Source: Magallana gigas
Taxonomy: Eukaryota
Length of the DNA: 64,000 nucleotides
Direction: 5' to 3'
Assembly: GCF_963853765.1 (NCBI RefSeq)
Contig: NC_088857.1
Location: 56,544,001 to 56,608,000, forward strand
In this document: positions 39,208 to 50,806 of the stretch, in pieces
Layout of the letters: each line of letters starts with the position of its first letter
Numbering within the stretch: the stretch's first letter is position 1
The notes under the pieces: model-generated
Seen by the model: the letters and a program-made list of their open reading frames with translations, nothing else
Database searches by the model: none
What the model was told of the DNA's origin: nothing
Program-made: the position numbers and the translations under genes

Positions 39208-41363
39208 CATAAAAAGTATGGCAACACTCTTTCAAAAATAAAAAAAAAAGAAGCAAAAAAGGGATTTCAAATTCTAAACCATTGACGCATTTAACATATT
39301 GATATGCATTGTTTATAATATTTAAATATAACACGTCTTGTCAATAAAAAGGTATGGAAAACCTTTTCTGAAAATACACTTCATTATAAGGTTAATTGCA
39401 AGCAAGTCACACACAATTCCGCTTTATCTATAATAGAATTTACATAATAATTTATCATAATGTGGTGGATGAACTAAATTAAGTATTTTATTTTGAAAAC
39501 TTAAGTCATTGAGGCTTCCGTCGAAGATGAATTAATGAGATGATTTTATGAATAAATCATTAAATTTTCGATCAAATATGATTGTTTATATGCACTTACT
39601 GGATAAACCCAGAGATGCATTTAAATCTATTTCGTGTTGTGAATTTCAATGTTGATTTCCAAACCTATTATTGAGAATAGATCTGAATAAATTTTGTGGA
39701 AATTCCATATAATTTAGATACATGTATACTGTAGACGTACTTTTGTCCGCGTTGTATTAATTTACGCTATGAACGCGGGCACAAGTTTTCCGCGGAATTT
39801 TTTTCCCCATTGTACTTAAAGGGGCATGGTCACGATTTTGGTCAAAAATTATTTTTCCGATTTTAATATTTACAATGCTGCAGAAAGGCATTTTTAATAG
39901 GCAACAGAAATTTGAGTATCATTTGTTGACCTATAAGCGAGTTACAGGACTTGAAATTCTTCGCTGTGTAAACAAAGCGTTTGTTTTCATTTTGAACGTG
40001 GAGTAAAAATTTCAGTTTTAAACCTAAAACGAATGTTTTAAAGGAACTGTTTATTTATGCTTAAAATAAATAAAAAGATAGACAAATAAGCGGCAAAAGA
40101 TATTTTACTGCTATATTGAACATGTGTAATCAAAAACAGGGCACGAGCCTTGTTTACACGACAAAGACTTGTGAGCCCTGTATTTTGCATTTTACTCTAC
40201 AAATGACTCTCAAATTTTATTTGATCATTAAAAATGCATTTATAAAGCATTGTAAATAATAAAAACATAACAATATAATTTGACCAGACCATAAAAAGTA
40301 TGGCAACACTCTTTCAAAAATAAAAAAAAAAGAAGCAAAAAAGGGATTTCAAATTCTAAACCATTGACGCATTTAACATATTGATATGCATTGTTTATAA
40401 TATTTAAATATAACACGTCTTGTCAATAAAAAGGTATGGAAAACCTTTTCTGAAAATACACTTCATTATAAGGTTAATTGCAAGCAAGTCACACACAATT
40501 CCGCTTTATCTATAATAGAATTTACATAATAATTTATCATAATGTGGTGGATGAACTAAATTAAGTATTTTATTTTGAAAACTTAAGTCATTGAGGCTTC
40601 CGTCGAAGATGAATTAATGAGATGATTTTATGAATAAATCATTAAATTTTCGATCAAATATGATTGTTTATATGCACTTACTGGATAAACCCAGAGATGC
40701 ATTTAAATCTATTTCGTGTTGTGAATTTCAATGTTGATTTCCAAACCTATTATTGAGAATAGATCTGAATAAATTTTGTGGAAATTCCATATAATTTAGA
40801 TATACTGTAGACGTACTTTTGTCCGCGTTGTATTAATTTACGCTATGAACGCGGGCACAAGTTTTCCGCGGAATTTTTTTCCCCATTGTACTTAAAGGGG
40901 CATGGTCACGATTTTGGTCAAAAATTATTTTTCCGATTTTAATATTTACAATGCTGCAGAAAGGCATTTTTAATAGGCAACAGAAATTTGAGTATCATTT
41001 GTTGACCTATAAGCGAGTTACAGGACTTGAAATTCTTCGCTGTGTAAACAAAGCGTTTGTTTTCATTTTGAACGTGGAGTAAAAATTTCAGTTTTAAACC
41101 TAAAACGAATGTTTTTAGGAACTGTTTATTTATGCTTAAAATAAATAAAAAGATAGACAAATAAGCGGCAAAAGATATTTTACTGCTATATTGAACATGT
41201 GTAATCAAAAACAGGGCACGAGCCTTGTTTACACGACAAAGACTTGTGAGCCCTGTATTTTGCATTTTACTCTACAAATGACTCTCAAATTTTATTTGAT
41301 CATTAAAAATGCATTTATAAAGCATTGTAAATAATAAAAACATAACAATATAATTTGACCAGA
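39208..41363. repeat. Near-identical ~1.08-kb tandem duplication (39208-40288 / 40290-41363)
   Basis: Both copies start cataaaaagtatggcaacactc and end aatttgaccaga; only a few small indels differ. Confidence 0.93.
39820..40287. mobile_element. Kolobok-like MITE, copy truncated in its right TIR
   Basis: Left end TTAA|aggggcatggtcacga; breaks off at ...tttgaccag, the junction of the 1.08-kb tandem duplication. Confidence 0.82.
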
Positions 41364-41380
41364 ATCGTGACCATGCCCCT
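40896..41380. mobile_element. Kolobok-like MITE, complete copy ~220 bp upstream of the P1 start codon
   Basis: TTAA|aggggcatggtcacga...tcgtgaccatgcccct|TTAA; near-identical to 39820-40287. Confidence 0.88.
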
Positions 41381-41473
41381 TTAAAGTGCATTTTGGAATG
41401 AAATTTTGAATTTCAATGTTGATTTCCAAACCTATTATTGACGATAGATCTGAATAAATTTTGTGGATATTCC

Positions 41474-41557
41474 ATATAATTTAGATATATATAATTTAGA
41501 TTTATATAATTTAGATTTATATAATTTAGATTTATATAATTTAGATTTATATAATTT
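41474..41557. repeat. 15-bp tandem repeat (atataatttagattt) x ~5.5, ending ~40 bp upstream of the P1 ATG
   Basis: Read directly; each unit junction contains TATATAA. Confidence 0.92.
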
Positions 41558-41598
41558 TCAAATTCTGATCGACAAGAATACAGACAATAGTTTTCAAC

Positions 41599-42785
41599 AT
41601 GAGGGCTTTGGTCTTCCTGACAATCACGGTTGCCGCGCAAAGTATGTCAGTGTATGAAAAATAATAAACTTAACATAAAATAATGAATGTTGTAATATAC
41701 AATTGTGATAAAAACGCCATTACTATGTTTTGACATTTATAGAGTGAATATTTTTATTACAGTGTATGCACTCTGAGGAGATATCGGCCATTATTACTCT
41801 ATTATTTTGCTTTGTAGAATGTCCGTATGGCGTAACAAGGGTGGCCTGTTTAATAAACCCGTGTCATCTTCACGATCAACTACAGAATTGCGCTAATATC
41901 CCGTCTGCTCGCTGCGTGTAAGTGTCAGAGATAAGAAATAACACAGAAGCTTTGTAGAATACTATGTGCATTATTATATATTCTTCTTAGAGAAACTTCT
42001 TATCGTGTAACTTTTTTCTTTTCTATTTCATCCAACCTTGAAAATGATGGATCAATTATCTGTATGGAAATTATATCTTAAATCTTATTAGCCTGTTTAT
42101 TTTTCTACACACTATTTTTTTTACCCAACTGCACACCATTACATCGTGAAATTGATTTTTAAAGAATACTTGCATATGCAATATCTTATCATTGAATTTT
42201 AAAAAGAAATATTTAATCTTTTCATTGACACTACGTCGGGTCATATTTTTTCACAACTTCCGGAAGTTTCAGTACGAAAATTAAACATCAACATCCACCG
42301 TTTTGTTTTTCGAATAAACAAATTAGCACACTCTTGTTTGACAACTCATTCCCGTTAAAGTTACGATTTACCAGTTTATTGATTGTAAGTTTAGGGTCGC
42401 ACACGAACCATTTAACACGTCGATCGATTGTGAATATTAATTACAGAAATATTTGTACATACATGACTGATTCATTTTAACATTAAATGTCCGTGCTTTG
42501 GTGTACAATACTTTTAATTAAGTCTTGAATAATTTTATACGTTCCTTATCATAATAAAATGTTTAAAATAAGATAAAGCTAAAATGATCTATGTGTCTTA
42601 AAATATTTTTCTCTATACATGTATACTAATAGTGGGAATTTGTCATGTAACTGCAGCCTAAGATCATGAGTTGTCTTTCTTTTCTTTGCAGTTCTGATTA
42701 TTGCGGTGGGTGCTACAGACGCTGGTACGTTGGGTGGCATGACGTCACACGTCCGTGTTGGCCTGGTGAAAAACAGAGATATTAA
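41599..42785 (+). CDS. Secreted 8-Cys peptide, paralog P1 (78 aa). Exons 41599-41641, 41818-41917, 42692-42785
   Basis: Phase 1 and phase 2 GT-AG introns. MRALVFLTITVAAQ-KCPYGVTRVACLINPCHLHDQLQNCANIPSARCVSDYCGGCYRRWYVGWHDVTRPCWPGEKQRY*. Exon phases and Cys framework are shared with P2 and P3. Confidence 0.85.
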
Positions 42786-43204
42786 GAATGTCATGTTATA
42801 ATTGTTTTAAAAATAAATGATTGAACATTTCTTATTGAGTATATTTATGAAGAAACGGGATAATGAACAAAGTCTATTAAAAAGTGATGATATGATTAGG
42901 GGCTTGTCTGCTATCTTGGAAGAAATCGCTGATATTATTAACGCCACGGTAATTTGTTTAAAGAATAAATCAGTGATTTCTTGTGTTGATTATACGAATA
43001 AGTAGAAAGGTAAATAGGTAAAATGAAATATATATATTTTATTCGATGAATAACAAATTTTTTTAAGATGAAATTGAAAATGCTTTCGAATCAAAGTTTA
43101 GAAAGAAACCATCATTATTATCGAAGAATAAAGAATGATGATAACATTTTTAATAAAATGGTTCACGTAAATTGACTAACCTTGCCATCGGTCATTTTCA
43201 AAAC

Positions 43205-43790
43205 TATTTTGTTAAAAACAATACGGAACACACCCACTCCGAAGAGTGGATATTAAAAAGATGCTTGAGTTTTTGATAGACAACATCTATGTAGTTTTTG
43301 GAAATCAAGTCTTCCAAGAATCTGTTGGAATTCCCATGGGTACCAATTTTGCCCCATTGTTAGCAGCCATTTTTTTGTATTCATACGAAACAGATAATGA
43401 AAAAAACTCGTCGTGGCCTTTACCTCAACATTCAGGCATATCGACGACGTATTATCAATTAACAATTGTTACTCCATACTTACGTCGACTTATCATAATC
43501 AAGTGAACAGTCTCGACTGAAGTCATCTTTTCGTAAGTTTTATGGTCGATACTACGACCTTGTCAGCAAATACAAAATTCCATAGACCATATTAAATAAT
43601 TACCTAATTCTCTACGTTTTTTCCTGAAAACAAAGAGATCTGGTTTGAGCGGTCAGCAGAGGATGCTCACTCCTCCATGGCACCTGATCTAATCTCTATG
43701 TTTAAGAGGTCCATGTTTGATCTGCTCCTGTGTCGTATTTTACCTTTGGATGTTTAATTTTAACTATTCGTTATCACTACGTGTCATTTT
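43205..43790 (+). mobile_element. Penelope-like (Naiad-type) retroelement fragment, internally deleted
   Basis: Encodes DIKKMLEFLIDNIYVVFGNQVFQESVGIPMGTNFAPLLAAIFLYSYE, a frameshifted YIDD-region remnant and SSFRKFYGRYYDLVSKY, then the tail motif ggtcagcagaggatgctcactcctccatggcacctgatc. Confidence 0.75.
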
Positions 43791-45175
43791 TTGTGAAAAT
43801 TTTTGAAAGTCGACAACGACAACTCGTTTCTTTTAATGTCCCTATATTTTGAAATAAATAGTGAGCAAATTGTGTGCCATTGTTTTTCGTTTTTGTTTTG
43901 TGTTTATCAATCTACGTTTACTGAGGGAATTCACAAGAATAAAAAGTAAAAGTTACGCGTCTTGTCACATCTGCTTTTGTCCTGACGCGGTTCTTACCGA
44001 ATAGAATGGGACCTTGATGTCCACACATTCATGTTGAGGGAAGGCTTTTTTTTACTGGATATTTTGTTCTTTATTGGAAGCCAACACTTTAGGAAAACTT
44101 ATGTGAAACAATTAATGCATAATTTACTCCTTGGATTTTTTAATCAATTTGTCTTTGTAAGAAGATATAGGTACTCATAAGCAGGACTCATAGTTTTGTT
44201 CACTTAAACATGATTAATGGAAATTTCAGATATTCTGATCAAGATCCTTTCCTGAAAAAATCAAATAGATTAAAGTCATTGAACATATCAACAATATTGC
44301 CAAACAGACTAACTTAAATATTTGTGGGTTAATCTGTGTCTTTCAAAATTACTTAGATTTTGAGTTTCAGGCAAGAAATATAAAATTAATGTTAGTACCA
44401 TTTATCTATTGTTTGAAATAAATTCGTTGCTGAAGTGAATCACTTGCGCACTTGCACTATTACAGAATCCAGTGCAGTAATACCCCCTTCCATTTTCTTC
44501 CCCACTAAAACTGTCTTAAGGGTTGAAGCTAAATCATTAACTGTCCGATATTTTAACAACAGAGATTTCAACATAAAAGGGTGGCAGCAGTCTTCCAGAA
44601 ATCAAAGAAGCTGATACGAAATTTTGAATTCTAAACCATTGACGCATTTGACATATTGAAATGCACTATATATCATTTAAAAAAACACTGCTCTTTTCAA
44701 TAAAACCCCATGGAAAACCTCAATTTAAGGTCAATTGCAATCAAGTCATGTACATTTCTTCTTTGTTTTATTAAATAAAAACATCTACATAATCTGTTAA
44801 CCCAATTCCAAAAGTTTCTACCGGATATCGATTGACACAATGAACATTTTTATTTTGGAAAATTTAATCCAAGAGACGTCGTTCAAAAATGAATCGGTAG
44901 GATGATTTTTATAAATGATTCAATAAACTGTTGATCAAATTTGATTAAATACAAAGACGGTCGTGCCGTGACATGCATGTCTATATGTTTGTGAACTTTT
45001 CGGATAAACCCATAGATGATTTTAAATTTTTTTCGTGTTTTGAATTTTGATTCCGATCATCCGAACTTATTTATGATGATAAATCTGACTACATGTTGGT
45101 GGAAAACCCATATCAAGAGGATATATATAGTTGGCTTATTTCTATAAACATGAACATTGACTATCGTTTTTCAAC

Positions 45176-46361
45176 ATGAGGACTTTTGTTTTCTCACTAG
45201 CTTTGCTATTCCTGACTTTCATGGTTACCGCGCAAGGTATGTTGTATGAAAAACTGAAAACTTAAATAAAATTATAATACTCGTTTAATACCATTGCGAT
45301 ACATTTGCAAACATTTTGCTTAAACTTTATAGAGTAAACGTTTTAGTAATAGTGCTTGTTCGCTGAAAAGTGTTATATCAACATTTTTTTCTTTAGCCTA
45401 TTCAGAATGTCCATACGGAAAACCAAGGGTGCATTGTTATGTTAACCCGTGTGAGGATTGGAGGGAACAGTGGAATTGCGCTAACATCCCGAATGCTCGC
45501 TGCGTGTAAGTGATTAGAAATAAAACAGAAATTTTGTAGAACACTATGCGCGTTCTTCTATGTTCTTTTAAGAAAAACTTCTTATCTTGTAACTAACCCT
45601 TTTTCGGGTCTATTTTATATCATCTTAAAATTGAGATCAATCATTTGCATGGAAATTATATATCCATGTTTAAATCTTGTTATAACATTTAATTTACTGT
45701 TTATTATTCTACACCGTATTCTTTTACTCGAATGTACTCCTTTAATTATTGTACAGATCATGAAATTGATTTACATGTATATGCGATATCCTATTATTAA
45801 ACTACAAGATAGATATGGATAATTTATGTTCACAATTACTGAAGTTTCAGAACAAAAATAAAAAATCAATTGTTTTGTTTTTCAAATAAGCGAATTTATT
45901 AACCACATTTTTTGTTTGACAAATCAATTTTGCGTTAAAATATACCGATTAATTGTCAGTATAGGTCGCACGTGAACTATTTAAAAAGTCGATCGATTTT
46001 TAATATTATTTACAGAAATATTTGTGCACACATGACTGATTCCTATTAACAATAAATTTCCGCGCTTTAGTTTACAATACTTTAAATTAAGTCTTGGTAA
46101 ATTTAGACGTACCTTATCATAATAAAACGCTTCAGAATAAGATAAAGCTAAAATGATATATGTGTTTTCCAATAATTGTTTTATTTCCCTATAAATTTAA
46201 TAATAGATTGGAACATTGTCATGTAACTGCAGCTTAAGATCAAGAGTTGTCTTTCTTTTCTTTACAGTCCTGATTATTGCGGTGGATGTTACAGACGCTG
46301 GTACGTTGGGTGGCATGACGTCACACGTGATTGTAGGCCTGGTGAAAGACGCAGATATTAA
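45176..46361 (+). CDS. Secreted 8-Cys peptide, paralog P2 (84 aa). Exons 45176-45236, 45406-45505, 46268-46361
   Basis: MRTFVFSLALLFLTFMVTA-QECPYGKPRVHCYVNPCEDWREQWNCANIPNARCVPDYCGGCYRRWYVGWHDVTRDCRPGERRRY*. Introns and flanks are visibly homologous to P1, indicating a segmental duplication. Confidence 0.88.
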
Positions 46362-47516
46362 GAATATCATGTCATAATTGTTCAAAGAATAAATAATTGA
46401 ACTTTTTTATTGAGTATTTTAATGACGAAACGAGGTAATGAAATATCAATGAAACAGTGCTGATTTTATTGATGCCACGGTGAATTGTTTTAAGAATAAT
46501 TAAGTGAATTCTTTTGCTTATTATCTGAACAAGTACACAGGTGAATGATTAAAATCAAATAGAAGATTTTATTTTCATGCATCTATTTTCATACATTAAA
46601 AATGTATTGATGTATTTACAAAAGTTTGCCAGACTACGTAGTGAAGGGAACTATCCTTATTGTCGTAGAAGTTTAAAATAATTACATTCACTCCCTTAAA
46701 TTTGAAAAAGTTGTTCTCTTTGACAATACATTGATAAATTACTTTTATACATAACTATAAAATATAAAAGGTAAAAAAAGCTTTTCCCATCCTCTCCTTC
46801 GACACCCTAACACCCTTTTAAAGGGCTATATGTACCTTAATGCATAACTAAGAAATAACAGGAAACAAACGGTAACCGATATCAATTTATCATACAATTT
46901 CTAATCGAGTTTTAAAGTTAGTATAAATAAAACAAATATACCATTGGTATTGAATAAATCAAACCGGATCATATCAGCTGGAAGGTTGATGACATGTTTC
47001 AAAAATGGCAGAAAACAAACATTAATCAACATCACTTAATCAGAAAATATTAACGAGTCTTAAAAGTACAAGCGAATCGATCAAACAATACTATAATTGA
47101 CTTTTGGAAAGGTCTTAACTCAATCATTTTCATAGGGAAAACGCGTCCAATTATGCAAGTTAGCTTGTAATATACATTTATGACAAATGACGGTCTCTTC
47201 AAGATAACATACCGGTATTTAAATATAAGATGATCGCGCGTCTTACGAGAATATTCATTATCAATCAATTAAATTGTATTTAGTTTCATGTTCAGAGTAC
47301 ATTTCATTTGCTGGTTTTTAATATCCATTCATTAGTATGCTGGAACAAAAATGTCATACAATAACTCAGCTGTTTTTATTTTTTGTAATTTGATTTTCTT
47401 TACAAAAGACAAAAACCAGATTTTACTTTTTTCTTTTTTAACTATTTTTATTAGTTTCATTTTAGTGTTTCACATAAAAAAAAAAAACTAGCGACACTTT
47501 GAATTTTAGTACAATA

Positions 47517-47648
47517 CACAGGATGAAGCTCTGCCATTCAGTCAACTGAAAGGTGACTGAAAGGTAACTGAAAGCTATGCCATTCAGTCACCTTTCCAGA
47601 CCATTCAGTTAACATTCAGTTGACTGAATGGCAGAGCTTCATCCTGTG
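47517..47648. mobile_element. 132-bp MITE with CAC termini, perfect 34-bp TIRs and a 3-bp TSD (ATA); CACTA/CMC-like
   Basis: ATA|cacaggatgaagctctgccattcagtcaactgaa...ttcagttgactgaatggcagagcttcatcctgtg|ATA. Confidence 0.85.
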
Positions 47649-48584
47649 ATAGAAATTGAATTAAACATGATATTTACAGTACTAAAAACCTCCCCACTAT
47701 CATGACAAATAATATGTCTTATTTGACAAAACATTTATCATATACCAATTTATTAGAAAATCTAAAATAATCTTTACCTGAAAATAGAACAAAAATGTAG
47801 ATTACAAGACGTGACATTGGCAAACAAAAAACAAACAAAAAACTAAAACAAAACACAAAACTCGTAAGTCTATAAAACATATGAGTGTTTAAATAGTGTA
47901 AAAATAAAACAAAGTGTACATACAGATATTCTGAGTGTAGATTTCGTTGTTTCGTCGTAAGTTATTAAGTAAAAGTAAAATAATATCTTGTTGATAATTA
48001 TTTCACTAAAACTTTTTTAAACAATAGATATAAAGAAAAAACAAACGAAACTTAACACAATTTTTCTCTAGGACAACAAATGAAGACCTTATCAACAATT
48101 CTACATAAGATTGTTGGTACGATAATTTAAGCTTTTATCGCAGTGTTTTGCACATAAATATATAAAAATTATAAGAATTATACTTTTTCTATTATATGCA
48201 AGTAAAAAAAACAAATTAAAACTTTCCGCGCATAAATAAATGTTTAATTACTTATCTTTTCAAAAAGATTTGCATATGATGTGGTCACATGCATTTTACA
48301 TTATATGCCAAAAATTACATTACACTGGATAAGTGTGTTTTATTACGCTTATATGAAGTCAATTTAAACATCTCATCAAAGAATTACTTTTTTTTTAAAG
48401 CATGCATGTATTTGGGGGAATGGGGCCAGGGGCATTAATTTTTTTCATCATATATGTATCATGACAAAAAGATACGATTTTATCAAAAACATATAAATGA
48501 AATATAACATTCTAAAAATGTGTAATTTACTTCGTCATTTCCGCACACTTGGGAAAAAAGAATCAGACATACATTTATGATAGT

Positions 48585-49345
48585 ACCATAAACATAGAAC
48601 CTATAGAACCATAAGCATAGAACATATAAACCATAAGCATAGAACCATAAACATAGAACCTATAGAACCATAAGCATAGAACCAATAAACCATAAGCATT
48701 AGAACCTATAAAACATAAGCATAGAACCATAAACATAAAACCTATCGAACCATAAGCATAGAACCTATAAACCATAAGCATAGAACCATAAACATAGAAC
48801 CTATAGAACCATAAGCATAGAACCAATAAACCATAAGCATTAGAACCTATAAAACATAAGCATAGAACCATAAACATAAAACCTATCGAACCATAAGCAT
48901 AGAACCTATAAACCATAAGCATAGAACCATAAACATAGAACCTATAGAACCATAAGCATAAAACCAATAAACCATAAGCATTAGAACCTATAAAACATAA
49001 GCATAGAACCATAAGCATAGAACCTATAGAACCATAAGCATGGAACCAATAGAACTATAAGCATAGAACCAATAGAACTATAAGCGTATGACCTATACAA
49101 CCATAACATAAAATCAATAGAACCACAAGCTTAGAACCTATAGAACCATAAGCCTAAAACCAATGGAATCATAAGCATAGAACGCATAGAACCATAAGCA
49201 TAGAACCTATAAAACCATAAGCATAAAATCAATAGAACCACAAGCGTGGAACCAATAAACCATAAACATAGAACAGATAGAACCATTACCATAGAACCTA
49301 TAGAACTATAAGCATAGAACCAATAGAACCACAAGCATAGAAGCG
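48585..49345. repeat. Complex satellite of catagaac/cataag-type monomers with a 141-bp higher-order repeat
   Basis: The rare variant 'cattag' recurs at 48697, 48838 and 48979 (141-bp period). It accounts for the spurious ORFs at 48575 and 49131. Confidence 0.9.
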
Positions 49346-50077
49346 AATTATCTTTCGATATAGCGCACACTCACGACCGGTTACCCGTAGACGTTTTAGA
49401 ACTATATTTAAGCTAAACATGGCTCGTAAATAGGCACTGTCCGCCATATTTTCTCTCATAACCGTTATCCCTACAACCCCTATATAGGCTGGAGACCTCT
49501 TAGCAATTTAAAGTATTTTGCTGTAAAAGTCTCGCCTGTGTGGACGTGTGCCTCGGCGTGTTTCTCGGTCGCGATGACATTATCAAATTTTACAAACTTT
49601 TTTCAAGCCAGAAGAATACTAACAACAATTAAACTGGTCAATATATAATTTACAAACAGAATTTGCTCATAAAATAAGTATAAAATGCACAAATTCCGAA
49701 GACCACGAAAGGAATACTACACGTCGGCCACGAGTTTCAGGTGTGCAATCGGGTGTAAGGAAATCAAAGGGTTTATATAACAGGTACCTGTGTGACGTTG
49801 CCTATTTACTAGTGGTGTTCAGCTTATGTTTATGGTTCTATGTTGACTTTAGGACCAGAATAAAAAAAAATGTGTTTTCGGACGAATGTTTGAAAAATAG
49901 TAGAAATACAAAATAACCCCGAAACTTAGAAAGACGTGTGGTCTACGTATTTTAGACGATTGTGTAACCCACAAAAGGTTCATCATTTGAAGAGGACATT
50001 GAAACTCGAGACTCAAATCATAAAGATCGCTTAGAACGCCGTATGGTAGACCCATCGTGCAAATCAAAAGCTGATCT

Positions 50078-50806
50078 GGCTCCGATTTCACAAAAAACTT
50101 CAGTTTTTACCTAAGTTTAATCTCAATTTACTCAGCTGAGATTTTTTTCTCAAATTGCATTTCACAAATCAAACTTAGTAATTTCTCAGCTAAGTCGAAT
50201 TTTCAACAGAGGAAAATTGGATTTAATTAACAAGAGTCATAAAATGTTAATCAGTCATGAAATGTATACTTTGTTATGCTATATATAGATTACATATCTA
50301 CATGATCTTATATATCAAATAGCAAACAAAATCATGTTTGATTATCTTAAATTCATTTGAAAGTAGAATCACTGCACAGTTCTTCCATTTAACACAAACA
50401 AATGAATTAGTTCCCTTTGTTTACATTTTTGTCAAGGGAGATAACGTTAACTCCGCCAAAATTATTATTTTTAAATGAAAAAAATATTGATCAACCGTGC
50501 ATTAAATATTGCATTTACGCTGATTATTGAGTGGAATAGATCTAAGAAATGAACATAACAGATGATATAATACTGATGTAAATGACATATTCGTATTTGA
50601 GATTTGACTTAAGTCTGCCATGGTGGTAACTTAAGTTTTTTCTCAAATTGAGTAAAAAGCACAACTAAGATTTTTTTGTGAAATGCAGATTTGAGTTTTC
50701 TCAAATTTCAGAAAAAAACTTAGATATTTGAGGAAAAACTCAGACTTTAGTCTGAGATTTGTTGTAAGTTGTTTTTGTATGTGTGTGTGTGTGTGAAATC
50801 GGAGCC
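50078..50806. mobile_element. Non-autonomous TIR element (ggctccgatttcac...gtgaaatcggagcc), superfamily uncertain
   Basis: 14-bp perfect terminal inverted repeat, extended imperfectly inward, with a (GT)n expansion inside the right TIR. No clear TSD. Confidence 0.55.

Noticed and set aside
48575-49370. Hydrophobic Cys/Tyr-rich repeat ORFs
   Set aside because: Translation of the catagaac satellite; no splice signals or independent support.
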